Source: Candidatus Moraniibacteriota bacterium
Lineage (GTDB): Bacteria; Patescibacteriota; Minisyncoccia; Moranbacterales; UBA1568
Direction: 5' to 3'
NCBI GenBank assembly: GCA_016699385.1
Contig: CP064974.1
Span: forward strand, 259,242-323,241
DNA length: 64,000 nucleotides
In this document: piece by piece, positions 10,189 through 19,228 of the stretch
How positions within the stretch are numbered: the stretch's first letter is position 1
Layout: each line of letters starts with the position of its first letter
Made by a program: the position numbers and the translations under genes
The notes under the pieces: model-generated
What the model saw: the letters and a program-made list of their open reading frames with translations, nothing else
Databases searched by the model: none
Told to the model about the DNA's origin: nothing

Positions 10189-10959
10189 ATGCAACTCAAA
10201 AACAACGAGCAAATGGACGCACTTCGAGAAAGCGGCAGGCGTCTCGAGAAAGTAATGCAGGCAGTCGCAGCAGCGATTCGCCCGGGCGTTTCTACGGCGG
10301 AATTGGATGAAATTGCCGAACAAAAAATCCATCAACTCGAAAGCGCACCAGTTTTCAAAGGGTACGGCGAGGAATATGGGAAACCGTTTCCAGCGACAAT
10401 TTGTACCTCAATCAATGATGAAGTGGTGCATGGCATTCCTCGGAAAAACCGCCTTGTTCAGGATGGCGATTTGGTAAAAATAGACATGGGACTGCGCTTT
10501 AATGGGATGGTGTCCGATATGGCGCGGACATTTGCCGTCGGCGAAGTTTCCGATGAGGCGGTACGCCTCGTGCGTGTCACCGAAGAGAGCCTGTTGCGAG
10601 GAATTAGCGCCGTGCGAATTGGCGGGCGACTGTCTGATTATGCCAAGGCGGTACAAAAGCATGTTGAGGAGAATGGCTTTTCGGTCGTGCGCGATTTGGT
10701 AGGGCATGGCGTTGGTTTTGATCTCCATGAACCTCCGCAGATTCCAAATTATTATTTCGTTGGCATGAAGGATGCAATCTTCCGCGTTGGCATGGCGGTC
10801 GCTTTCGAGCCAATGGTAAATGTCGGCGGATACGAAGTGTGTCTCGGCAAAGACGGCTGGGTCTTCGCAACCGAAGATGGCAGTCTTAGTGCTCATTTCG
10901 AGGACACGGTTATTATTACTGACCAAGGCATCGAAGTCGTAACAAGAAGTGGGAAATAA
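10189..10959 (+). CDS. map: Methionine aminopeptidase type I
   Basis: The 256-aa translation shows the MetAP pita-bread fold with metal ligands (..DLVGHGVG.., ..FEPMV..). It lies after adk in conserved order. Confidence 0.93.
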   Translation: MQLKNNEQMDALRESGRRLEKVMQAVAAAIRPGVSTAELDEIAEQKIHQLESAPVFKGYGEEYGKPFPATICTSINDEVVHGIPRKNRLVQDGDLVKIDMGLRFNGMVSDMARTFAVGEVSDEAVRLVRVTEESLLRGISAVRIGGRLSDYAKAVQKHVEENGFSVVRDLVGHGVGFDLHEPPQIPNYYFVGMKDAIFRVGMAVAFEPMVNVGGYEVCLGKDGWVFATEDGSLSAHFEDTVIITDQGIEVVTRSGK

Positions 10960-10997
10960 TCTCTCACCTAGCAATATGTTCTTTTCGGCATTGTGAC

Positions 10998-11026
10998 AAA
11001 CCGTCTCTGCGGAGACGGTTTTTTGT
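10998..11026 (+). terminator. Rho-independent terminator ending the ribosomal-protein/secY/adk/map operon
   Basis: Sequence aaaCCGTCTCtgcgGAGACGGtttttt forms a perfect 8-bp stem with a 4-nt loop and a T-run. Confidence 0.75.
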
Positions 11027-11177
11027 AAGAAGTTTGGAGATTGGATATGGAGATGGAGTTGCTTGCGAAGATGACTCTGTAATGATCGGTAATTATAAAC
11101 ATTGATTTCACAATGGTACAGATATTGACAAAAATATAATTACAGTATATTTTCAAGTATACTTCTCTTGAACCCTC

Positions 11178-12128
11178 ATGAACCAGAAATCCCTCATTCT
11201 CTCTATTTTGATGGTTTTGCTCGTCGCTCTTTTCGGCGGGTGGCTTGTGTTTCGTGGTCAGAAGGGTGTTTGGAATGCTCCGAAAGGGCCATCTGTAGCC
11301 TCGGAACAGCCGGTGCAAACGGTGGAGAAACCGCAAGATGTTCAGGTTTCTGATGCCGACTTTGCCAAGTACAACAAGGTGCTTTCACGCGACAAGATTA
11401 CGGGTGTCCAAGACCTCGAAGGACCGTACAAGAAGGTGACGGTGAGTAACGGAGAGTTGACCTTTTCTTTCGAGGTCCCCGATAAGTGGCTTGTCGAGAC
11501 GCGGAATTCAGGGGAAGTGACAATGAATGAGGGGGAGTTGCGGGAGTTTTTGGGAACGAATTATGACGGGGATATCCGATCAGAAGAGGTTTGCACCAAC
11601 GAAGATGTTTATGATGCAAACGGAAAAATGACGATTGAGAAGTTTTGTGGGAAACCGTACTCCGACTATTCTGGTATGGATTGGAATACGCTTAAAAGCA
11701 TCTCGTATAAGGATATGCAGAAACGATATCTTGATGCGAAAAGTGAATTTTCTCCTGGATTTCCAAATGCAACTGTAACACCCGACAATAAAATTTGGTA
11801 CACAGATACCGGATGGGATCAGGTGCATTTTTACATTCTCGATAAAGTTTTGGATTCTCAGTATAAGTATATTAGGGGCATTACTTCTTTCTGTTATGAC
11901 ACGGAGTGTCTTCAAAAAGACTACCTTGAATATAGAGAGAATATCGAAAAGAGGGCGAAAAGAGACGAAAACAGGAATGTTATCATAGACAAGGGAGAAA
12001 TGCATGGGTTTGCGGAAACGATTGATCTTGGCAATAACAAGGTTCTTAGGATATGGAAAGAAGCCTATGCTGAAGGCGAGTTCGAAGATGGGTTTAAACG
12101 TCTCATAGACACTCTCACGTTCGAGTAA
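11178..12128 (+). CDS. Membrane-anchored hypothetical protein, paralog A (N-terminal TM helix, extracytoplasmic domain)
   Basis: The 316-aa translation starts with a hydrophobic N-terminal helix (LILSILMVLLVALFGGWLVF). It shares a near-identical internal segment and a similar C-terminus with the ORF at 13558..14457. Confidence 0.7.
   Translation: MNQKSLILSILMVLLVALFGGWLVFRGQKGVWNAPKGPSVASEQPVQTVEKPQDVQVSDADFAKYNKVLSRDKITGVQDLEGPYKKVTVSNGELTFSFEVPDKWLVETRNSGEVTMNEGELREFLGTNYDGDIRSEEVCTNEDVYDANGKMTIEKFCGKPYSDYSGMDWNTLKSISYKDMQKRYLDAKSEFSPGFPNATVTPDNKIWYTDTGWDQVHFYILDKVLDSQYKYIRGITSFCYDTECLQKDYLEYRENIEKRAKRDENRNVIIDKGEMHGFAETIDLGNNKVLRIWKEAYAEGEFEDGFKRLIDTLTFE
11343..11543 (+). repeat. About 200-bp direct repeat copy 1 (near-identical to 13704..13904), internal to paralog A
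   Basis: The nucleotide sequence gtttctgatgccgactttgccaagtacaacaaggtgctttcacgcgacaagattacgggtgtccaagacctcg... recurs with three mismatches over about 200 nt. Confidence 0.85.
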
Positions 12129-12148
12129 ATTAAATAGAAATCTGATTT

Positions 12149-12658
12149 ATGGAAAGCAAATGGAAATCAATTTTATTTCGACCAGTTTTTACGATTAGAC
12201 TTATATCTGACTACTCTCTTGTGTCAGCTTTTCTTCGAGGATTTTTGCTGAACTCGATCATTGTTGTACCTGCGAACATGTATGCGAACTTTTTCAATGT
12301 TCATGATGAGGTTGGTGATGCTACAATAATAGCTGTTTTGTATTTTGGATGTTCTCTGGTGTTTTTATGGGGCACCATTTACGGATTTTTTTCTGATAAA
12401 AGATTGTATGTCATTGGTCGTTTTTCATTCATAAGCCATGCTCTCCCTATACTATGGTCGTCTTGTTTGCTTTTTGTTTTTGTGGTTGTTGCGTCTTTTT
12501 CTTTTGATGATATATGGACATTTCTTCCAAATTCGATTTTGATTGGGATTACCTCAAGCATTATTGTTTTTTTGATCCCGTTTTTTTCTGGTTATATTTT
12601 TTCTCGTATTGTTCGATTTTTTCTTGGGATATCTTTCATGAGAAGCAAAAATGTTTGA
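12149..12658 (+). CDS. Hypothetical polytopic membrane protein
   Basis: The 169-aa ORF is AT-rich with 4-5 predicted hydrophobic helices. No motif was recognised. Confidence 0.5.
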   Translation: MESKWKSILFRPVFTIRLISDYSLVSAFLRGFLLNSIIVVPANMYANFFNVHDEVGDATIIAVLYFGCSLVFLWGTIYGFFSDKRLYVIGRFSFISHALPILWSSCLLFVFVVVASFSFDDIWTFLPNSILIGITSSIIVFLIPFFSGYIFSRIVRFFLGISFMRSKNV

Positions 12659-12687
12659 TAGTGTTTTGTAAGAAGGCATTCGATTTT

Positions 12688-12717
12688 CCACACAAATTTT
12701 CATGAAAATTTGTGTGG
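12688..12717. promoter_or_regulatory. Perfect 30-bp palindrome (13-bp arms, CATG centre) upstream of the secreted-protein gene
   Basis: CCACACAAATTTTcatgAAAATTTGTGTGG forms either an operator-like dyad or a hairpin. Confidence 0.5.
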
Positions 12718-12780
12718 AGCACCGAAGTATTCTGCTCCAAGTGCACATTGACAATCTGAATTTTAGTTGGAGGAAAAGTG

Positions 12781-13455
12781 ATGAATGTCAAGTTTGTGGT
12801 TTTGCTATTTGTATGTTTTTTCTGTCTTTGGATGGAACACGCTGTTGGTTCTGAAAGGAGTTCGTCTTTGGCGGAAAGTGTTTGGTATGGCGAAAGGCCG
12901 CTTGTATACGGGACGATCAAGACTGCGATATCTGTGCCTAATGGTCCAGCGGCTTGCGGTGACCCCAATGACACAAATGACAGAATCATGTTCTTCGATG
13001 TATCGATTTTTCGAAGAATAACCGGAAGTTCGTTTGATCCCAAAAAGATATATATCTATGGGGTGACGTTTCTTGGGGATACTGCCATTGATGTCTGGAA
13101 GTCAACAATGCCACATGGTGTGATTGAAGTATCAGCATCTCTTACGGATTGGGATAATACCGTTGCCATTTGTCTTGGCTTGAGGGCGTGGGCGTTTACT
13201 GCTGGCGGTATTGGATTTTCAGATGTTGTTCTCTGGTATGATGGTCTTGTTTCCCTTCCACCCGCCGACCCCGAATCCACCACTCCACCTCCTCCACCGT
13301 CCAACCTCCCAAGTTTGGTCTCGGCAGGAACAAGCAGTTCCGCCCCCAATCTCTCCGCAACGGTTGTGATTGAAAAGCACAACCAGCGCGAAGACACGAA
13401 CCAGCAGGTTCTTTTTGTTTCTTCATCGCGTTTTCAAAAGTTTGGAAACGAGTAG
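12781..13455 (+). CDS. Secreted hypothetical protein with Pro-rich linker
   Basis: A signal-peptide-like N-terminus (MMNVKFVVLLFVCFFCLWMEHAVG) is followed by a globular domain and a PPADPESTTPPPPPS linker. Confidence 0.6.
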   Translation: MNVKFVVLLFVCFFCLWMEHAVGSERSSSLAESVWYGERPLVYGTIKTAISVPNGPAACGDPNDTNDRIMFFDVSIFRRITGSSFDPKKIYIYGVTFLGDTAIDVWKSTMPHGVIEVSASLTDWDNTVAICLGLRAWAFTAGGIGFSDVVLWYDGLVSLPPADPESTTPPPPPSNLPSLVSAGTSSSAPNLSATVVIEKHNQREDTNQQVLFVSSSRFQKFGNE

Positions 13456-13557
13456 AGAATCAAACCGTTTCTCCTGGTACCATGGATTCATGGAACTTGT
13501 TGACAGTGCAATGATACGCAACTTGACACTAAGCCATAAACCTGTTTCAATGCTTCT

Positions 13558-14457
13558 ATGTCAAAAAAGACGCTCATTCTTGCCACCTTTTTCGTCCTCA
13601 TTGTCACTCTCGGTGGGGTGTTTTTGGTTGCGAAGGAAAAATTTGAAAGAATGGCTTTGGAAAAAGCAGACCAAGAGGAAGTGGCAAAACAAGCGGCGAT
13701 GCAACAGGTTTCTGATGCCGACTTTGCCAAGTACAACAAGGTGCTTTCACGCGACAAGATTACGGGTGTCCAAGACCTCGAAGGACCGTACAAGAAGGTG
13801 ATGGTGAGTAACGGAGAGTTGACCTTTTCTTTCGAGGTTCCCGATAAGTGGCTTGTCGAGACGCGGAATTCAGGGGAAGTGACAATGAATGAGGGGGAGT
13901 TGCGAGAATTCCTTAGTACTAGTTGTTTCTATGATGAAAAAATGAAAAGTTCCTACTTTGAACAGCAAGGAATATTTTCATCATCAAAGGAGTCATCCTA
14001 CACGGGATTTTTTCAAGAAAAGTTCAAGAAAATTACTTTCGAAGAGATGCTTACCTTATATAAAGATAAAAAAGACAAGTTTTCGGTTGGTTTTCCAAAC
14101 GCCTCTATTTCCGACGGTTGTGTAATATACTCAGGGTTAAATGGTGGACAAATAGATTTTTATCTTCTATCAGAACAGGATTCTAAACGTTACTATGATT
14201 TCGATGTTAAGGATATGAGTATATCCTCAGATGTTTCTTCTAGAGGAACAATGAGTAATACTACGCTTGGTAGTAAGAATGCCCTATCGTTTATAGGTGA
14301 TAAAACTACCGAGTATGGCTTTGCTGGCACGAGAAAGATCTTTGTGCCACTAAAAAATATAGAAAAGGTTCTTGTTATCTATCAGGAAAATGCAAACTAT
14401 AGCAATATTGTGAGCAATGCATTTGAGCATCTAATAAATACTTTCTCATTTCAGTAG
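13558..14457 (+). CDS. Membrane-anchored hypothetical protein, paralog B
   Basis: The 299-aa translation has an N-terminal TM helix. It shares ..VSDADFAKYNKVLSRDKITGVQDLEGPYKKV.VSNGELTFSFEVPDKWLVETRNSGEVTMNEGELREFL.. with paralog A. Confidence 0.7.
   Translation: MSKKTLILATFFVLIVTLGGVFLVAKEKFERMALEKADQEEVAKQAAMQQVSDADFAKYNKVLSRDKITGVQDLEGPYKKVMVSNGELTFSFEVPDKWLVETRNSGEVTMNEGELREFLSTSCFYDEKMKSSYFEQQGIFSSSKESSYTGFFQEKFKKITFEEMLTLYKDKKDKFSVGFPNASISDGCVIYSGLNGGQIDFYLLSEQDSKRYYDFDVKDMSISSDVSSRGTMSNTTLGSKNALSFIGDKTTEYGFAGTRKIFVPLKNIEKVLVIYQENANYSNIVSNAFEHLINTFSFQ
13704..13904 (+). repeat. About 200-bp direct repeat copy 2 (near-identical to 11343..11543)
   Basis: See copy 1. The flanking sequence of the two paralogs is diverged. 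Confidence 0.85.
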
Positions 14458-14467
14458 ATTCTGTTTT

Positions 14468-14518
14468 CGCAAAGAATCTTTTACAAAAAGATTCTTTGCG
14501 GACAAGGAATTTGTCCGC
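14468..14518 (+). terminator. Two overlapping perfect hairpins downstream of paralog B (13-bp stem with 7-nt loop, and 8-bp stem with 5-nt loop), no clear T-run
   Basis: The sequence is CGCAAAGAATCTTttacaaaAAGATTCTTTGCG followed by GCGGACAAggaatTTGTCCGC. Confidence 0.5.
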
Positions 14519-14572
14519 AGTGTATTTCAAGTATGGATAGATCTTTAACAACCTGAAAATGAGGTGACTTTG

Positions 14573-16516
14573 ATGAAGGCGAGATTCATAATCGTTTTCT
14601 TATTTGCAATGTTTGCATGGACGAATGCTCACGCGCAATATTGTCATGAGGGCATCCCTGGCGGTTGCCAGTGCGTTGCTTTTGCCTATGACAATGGCTA
14701 TAGCGATTTTTTTGGTACAGGATATGCCAAAAATTGGTATGGTGCCGCCAATGGGAAAGGCTATTCCACAGGGCATGTTCCCATGGTTGGTGCTGTAATA
14801 GTGTTCGATTCGTGGGGTAAGAGTGCCGCTGGTCACGTCGCTATTATTGCGAGTATTGCGAGTAGCAGTGAAATCGCTGTGAATCATGCAAACTGGGCGC
14901 CAAACGGAGCGACGGATGACAGAATTTATAGAAGTGTTTCTGTCAAAGACCTCTCTGGAGGAAACTGGACGAGCGTTTCTGTATACGGCTCCGGATCCTA
15001 TCCGGTTCTCGGTTTCATCTACTCCAAAGACGCCAACCTTGGTTTCCCTGCCACTGAATGTTCTCAAGTGAGTGCAACTCAGTATATCTGCTGGCTCACT
15101 AAGAATGGTGTTGACCGCTCTTGTGAAAATGCGACCGCATGGGGTATTGAAGATAGTGTGGCTCATATGAGCCAACCCGCAGATTGGAGTATTTGTTCGA
15201 CGTCGTGCTATGACAGTCAGTCATCAGCCCTGGATTTCTTAATTTCTCCTGTCTATGCTACTGGAACGATTAGTTCCTGCGCTAAGCAAGTGATTTCAAC
15301 CGATCATCTTGAGACTTCCATTCCCCCTCCCATCACCGGAGGCAAACACCCGGGCGACCTCCCCAATCTCATCGTTCACGAACTGTATCTGGTGAAAGAA
15401 GCCGATAGGGACAGCCCGCATCTTTCCCAAATCCATATCGGAGAACGAAGCTACTGCAACATCCAGGTCAAGAATACCGGAGAAGCCGGAGCTTGGGGCA
15501 CCTGGGCGAATCGCTGCTACTTGTCCAAAGGAAACTATCGTGATCACGATCCCGACAACCTGGGACACGAGAGCATGACTGATTTGTCGGCGGGACAATC
15601 CCGTCGAGTCTATCAAATCATTCCCGCTTTCGAATATCCGGGAAAGTTCAATATCACTGCCTGTGCAGATACGGATGGCAATGACGGCGACAAAAAGATT
15701 GCGGAATCTGATGAAGGAGACAACTGCCATGACGAATATCGTTTTGACGTGGTAAGTGATCCGAATCTTGCGACGATGGCAATCAGTCTTACTGGCATTG
15801 TCGGAAACCCCGTAATCAATCAGCCTTTCAATATTTCTTCAACCACAACCAATCTGGGAGAAAACTTCGGACCCGACTATGTCTATATCGGCTATTTCGT
15901 AGACGGAGAACTGGTGGGACAAAACCAAATCCGTCGCGAAAACATGAAAGGAGGGATGAGCAAAGCGGAAGAAATCCCCATCCACGGAGGTATTGCAACG
16001 GCCGGTGTCCACGAAATCAAAGCGTGCGCTGACTTTACGGACGATATCGTCGAGACGAACGAATCGGACAATTGCAGGATACTTCTGGTCAATGTGACTG
16101 CGCCCGTTTCTCCGATTTTGTCGATAAACGGAGTAGTTCTCGCAAACGGCACCCGCCACGTCTTCACCGACGAGCGTCCGGACATTTCCATCAGTATCGG
16201 AAATACCGGAGGCATCTCGTCTCCCATGACTGGCGAAGTATTCATTTCATCGGCTCCTCATGGGGTAGAGAATATCTCCCTGGGGACATTCCAAGTCGGC
16301 GCAGTACCCGAAGGGGGAAATGCCACTGGGACGCTTTCGGGCGTTTCGTTTACCAAGCTCGGTCCATGGGTGTTGACGGCGTGTATCGAAGGGATGACAA
16401 CCTGCACTTCAGGGGATGTCGTCACCATTGAGAGCAGCCACCCGGTAAACAAACATGTGAATCCGGCAGTCCTTATGATACTCAACAAACACAGGCGTGA
16501 GAGGAGTAGGAGATGA
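14573..16516 (+). CDS. Secreted CHAP-domain peptidoglycan hydrolase with three CARDB-like repeats
   Basis: After a signal peptide, CHAP motifs are present (..GGCQCVAFAY.. Cys and ..AAGHVAII.. His). Three repeats follow, each ending in a D/E-x-N-C (CARDB-like) motif: NCHDEYRFDV, ESDNCRILLV, and others. An RBS gaggtg lies 7 nt upstream of ATG 14573. Confidence 0.75.
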   Translation: MKARFIIVFLFAMFAWTNAHAQYCHEGIPGGCQCVAFAYDNGYSDFFGTGYAKNWYGAANGKGYSTGHVPMVGAVIVFDSWGKSAAGHVAIIASIASSSEIAVNHANWAPNGATDDRIYRSVSVKDLSGGNWTSVSVYGSGSYPVLGFIYSKDANLGFPATECSQVSATQYICWLTKNGVDRSCENATAWGIEDSVAHMSQPADWSICSTSCYDSQSSALDFLISPVYATGTISSCAKQVISTDHLETSIPPPITGGKHPGDLPNLIVHELYLVKEADRDSPHLSQIHIGERSYCNIQVKNTGEAGAWGTWANRCYLSKGNYRDHDPDNLGHESMTDLSAGQSRRVYQIIPAFEYPGKFNITACADTDGNDGDKKIAESDEGDNCHDEYRFDVVSDPNLATMAISLTGIVGNPVINQPFNISSTTTNLGENFGPDYVYIGYFVDGELVGQNQIRRENMKGGMSKAEEIPIHGGIATAGVHEIKACADFTDDIVETNESDNCRILLVNVTAPVSPILSINGVVLANGTRHVFTDERPDISISIGNTGGISSPMTGEVFISSAPHGVENISLGTFQVGAVPEGGNATGTLSGVSFTKLGPWVLTACIEGMTTCTSGDVVTIESSHPVNKHVNPAVLMILNKHRRERSRR

Positions 16517-16866
16517 AAGTGAAGCTAACATTAGCGCAAATGGTTCTGCTGATTTTCTTCAGTGGACTCATTGCTTACTCGGCTCTATCGGCTGAAACGT
16601 CGTATTGCCCGGATAGCTACAGCCAGATCGAGATAAATGGGCACTCGGTTATGCGGATTTGGGGCGTATCGGGAGTTGCTTCAAATCATGCGCTCAGTGC
16701 CAATCCCGATTATGACTGGCCGACGGAAACGTCTGTCGCTCTTTGGTACGATGCTATCGTGTCGGCAAAAGCAGATGGAACCTGTGTGAAGCTGTACTAT
16801 GACATCAATAGCAAAACGGACAGTGACAGCAACACGGTTCATGACCTGTGGTCGGTTTCCAGGTAG
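16513..16866 (+). CDS. Small secreted hypothetical protein, translationally coupled to the CHAP hydrolase
   Basis: An ATGA overlap links it to the upstream stop. A signal peptide (MKVKLTLAQMVLLIFFSGLIAYSALSA) is present, and the protein is 117 aa. Confidence 0.6.
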   Translation: MKVKLTLAQMVLLIFFSGLIAYSALSAETSYCPDSYSQIEINGHSVMRIWGVSGVASNHALSANPDYDWPTETSVALWYDAIVSAKADGTCVKLYYDINSKTDSDSNTVHDLWSVSR

Positions 16867-16899
16867 TCGCTGGAAAGTTCTTTCAATTCACAATTCAAC

Positions 16900-16930
16900 A
16901 AAACCCATTGCCGGAAGGTGGTGGGTTTTT
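16900..16930 (+). terminator. Putative terminator hairpin followed by a T-run
   Basis: The sequence AAAACCCAttgccggaaggtggTGGGTTTTTgatttggttttt forms an 8-bp stem. Confidence 0.5.
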
Positions 16931-17103
16931 GATTTGGTTTTTGGCTTGAACGGGGAGGGAAAGGGGAGTAGGATAGGGAGAGTGCTGAAGCGGAGACTTG
17001 TAAATTCAAGAAAATGTAAGGAAACTATAGATGAGAAATGTTAATGTAGTGAATCGATTGCCCTCTTTCTAAGGGAAAGTAGAGCTTTCTGTATAATAAG
17101 AGT

Positions 17104-17766
17104 ATGCCGAGAATTAAAAATCTTCCAAAACACGAGCAGCCGAGAGAAAAGCTCATTGAAAGGGGGGTAGGAAATCTTCGCGATAGTGAATTAATGGCTA
17201 TCCTCCTTGGAACTGGAATTACGGGAAAGAACGTTGTAAGGGTGTCTGAAGAAATATTGGCGAGATATCCAAAGAAGAAGCTACTAGCTCTTGATTATGG
17301 GAAATTGTCGGAAGTGAAAGGTATTGGACAGGCAAAAGCCTGTCTCTTGTTGGCGGCGTTTGAGTTGACGAAACGTGCCTTGGCGGTTGAAGATAATAGT
17401 CTCCCGATAATTGATTCGGCAAGAGACGCTGTTGCTCAGCTCCAGGAGTTGCGGACGGCTAAGAAAGAGCATTTCATTGCATTGTATTTGAATGCTCGAA
17501 ATCAACTCGTGCATAAAGAGCTTATCTCTATAGGAACGCTAAATGCTAGTCTCGTTCATCCAAGAGAGGTGTTTAAGCCAGCTGTAGATTGTCTTGCTGC
17601 GGGAATTATTGTCGCTCATAATCATCCATCAGGGAGTCTTGAGCCGTCATTTGAAGATATTGAGGTAACAAAGCGATTGTTCAGGGCGGGTAAAGTTCTA
17701 GATATACGAGTAATTGATCATATAATTGTGGCAACGGCGGGGTGGAAAGTTATCGCTATTGATTGA
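17104..17766 (+). CDS. radC: RadC-like JAB/MPN domain protein (UPF0758)
   Basis: An N-terminal helix-hairpin-helix region and the HNHPSG..EPS..D JAMM motif are present. Confidence 0.85.
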   Translation: MPRIKNLPKHEQPREKLIERGVGNLRDSELMAILLGTGITGKNVVRVSEEILARYPKKKLLALDYGKLSEVKGIGQAKACLLLAAFELTKRALAVEDNSLPIIDSARDAVAQLQELRTAKKEHFIALYLNARNQLVHKELISIGTLNASLVHPREVFKPAVDCLAAGIIVAHNHPSGSLEPSFEDIEVTKRLFRAGKVLDIRVIDHIIVATAGWKVIAID

Positions 17767-17769
17767 CTT

Positions 17770-19155
17770 ATGCAAAAGAAATACCAAACGAAGGAGGCAG
17801 TTATCAATGAAGCGAGGAAGATATTGAATCAATCCCTGCGGAGTTTGATGTCTAAAGATGATATTGATGCAGTTGAAAAGCGTCTTAACTCCTATGGTAC
17901 AAATCGGAAGGGATTTCTTGGCGGACTCGTTGAAGAGTTTGTATTTGGTCTCAGTGTAAACAATAATTCAGAAGCTGATTTCAAGATAGCGGGAGTCGAA
18001 TTAAAAACAAATCCACTTAAGAGCCATCCTACAAAGGTGTATATCTCAAAGGAGCGTCTTGTTTTCTCCCTGATTAATTACGATGAAATTGTTCAGGAGA
18101 CGTGGGAAACAAGCTCTTTCCTTAAGAAGAATAGAGTTCTTCTTATACTATTCTATTTATGGATGAAGGAGCAGAGTCTTCTTGATTATAAATTCAAATT
18201 TGTTTACTTGATGAATTTACTTGAAGATATATCGGATGTTGATATCTTTCAGATACGTAAAGATTGGGAGTATATAGTTGCGAAGATAAGACGGGGAGAG
18301 GCGCATCTTCTATCTGAAGGTGATACGTATTATCTCGGAGCGTGTACGAAAGCTGCGAATAGCCAGATTGTCCGCGAACAGCCGAACAATCGAATTCCAG
18401 CTAAACCTCGAGCATTCTCTCTCAAGCAACAGTATTTAAACTATATTATCCAGAAGGAGCTTCTCGGAAAGGATATTGAGACGGATTCTATTTTTAAGAA
18501 GACGCGGCGAATTGAAAGTGTTGATGATGCTTTTAAGGAAAAATTGAGACCTTACATCGGAAAGACTGACAAGGAGATTATTCAGGAGATTGGTTGGAAG
18601 GGAGCGACGAAAGCGAAAAATTATAGAAGGATACTCGTAAATAAGATGCTCGGGGTATCTTCAAATAGGATTGAAGAGCTTGAGAAAGCGAATGTCACGC
18701 TTAGAGTGGTAACTCTTGAACACACGGGTTCTCTCAGGGAATCCATATCATTTCCAGCCTTTGATTATAATGAACTTGTCATACAGGAATGGGAGAATGA
18801 AGAGGATGGAACTATGACGGACTTTCATTTGGCACTTGAAACAAGGAGATTTCTTTTCATAGTCTTCCAGAAGATTGTGGGAAGTAGTGAAATCGTTCTT
18901 AAAAAAATTAAGTTTTGGAATTTCCCAATGAAAGATATGACTGAAGCAAAGCGTGTGTGGGAGAAAGCTGTTGAATGTGTGAGGGAAGGGCACTATGGAG
19001 ATTTACCAAAAATGAGCGAGAGTGCCATTGCGCACGTAAGACCACATGGGAAGGATTTGACGGATACTCTTGAAACGCCACAAGGAACGCGTGAAGTAAA
19101 GCGATGTTTTTGGTTGAATGCAAATTATATACGAAGAGTGGTAGAGGATGACTAA
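17770..19155 (+). CDS. Type II restriction endonuclease, MutH/Sau3AI family (probable GATC specificity)
   Basis: The 461-aa protein carries ..EADFKIAGVELKTNP.., which matches the MutH/Sau3AI D-(x)n-E-x-K catalytic signature (DF..GVELKT). It lies immediately upstream of a C5-methyltransferase. Confidence 0.7.
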   Translation: MQKKYQTKEAVINEARKILNQSLRSLMSKDDIDAVEKRLNSYGTNRKGFLGGLVEEFVFGLSVNNNSEADFKIAGVELKTNPLKSHPTKVYISKERLVFSLINYDEIVQETWETSSFLKKNRVLLILFYLWMKEQSLLDYKFKFVYLMNLLEDISDVDIFQIRKDWEYIVAKIRRGEAHLLSEGDTYYLGACTKAANSQIVREQPNNRIPAKPRAFSLKQQYLNYIIQKELLGKDIETDSIFKKTRRIESVDDAFKEKLRPYIGKTDKEIIQEIGWKGATKAKNYRRILVNKMLGVSSNRIEELEKANVTLRVVTLEHTGSLRESISFPAFDYNELVIQEWENEEDGTMTDFHLALETRRFLFIVFQKIVGSSEIVLKKIKFWNFPMKDMTEAKRVWEKAVECVREGHYGDLPKMSESAIAHVRPHGKDLTDTLETPQGTREVKRCFWLNANYIRRVVEDD

Positions 19156-19228
19156 TCTAAGCCGTAGTTGATCAATTTTCAGTACTCTGCTACCATTGTT
19201 GTTGTGGCGTTTAACTACCTTTCTTGGT

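Noticed and set aside
12781-16866. The small secreted proteins (12781..13455, 16513..16866) considered as AB5-toxin B-subunit-like
   Set aside because: They were considered because of their size and signal peptides. I could find no sequence motif supporting any toxin family, so they stay as hypothetical secreted proteins.
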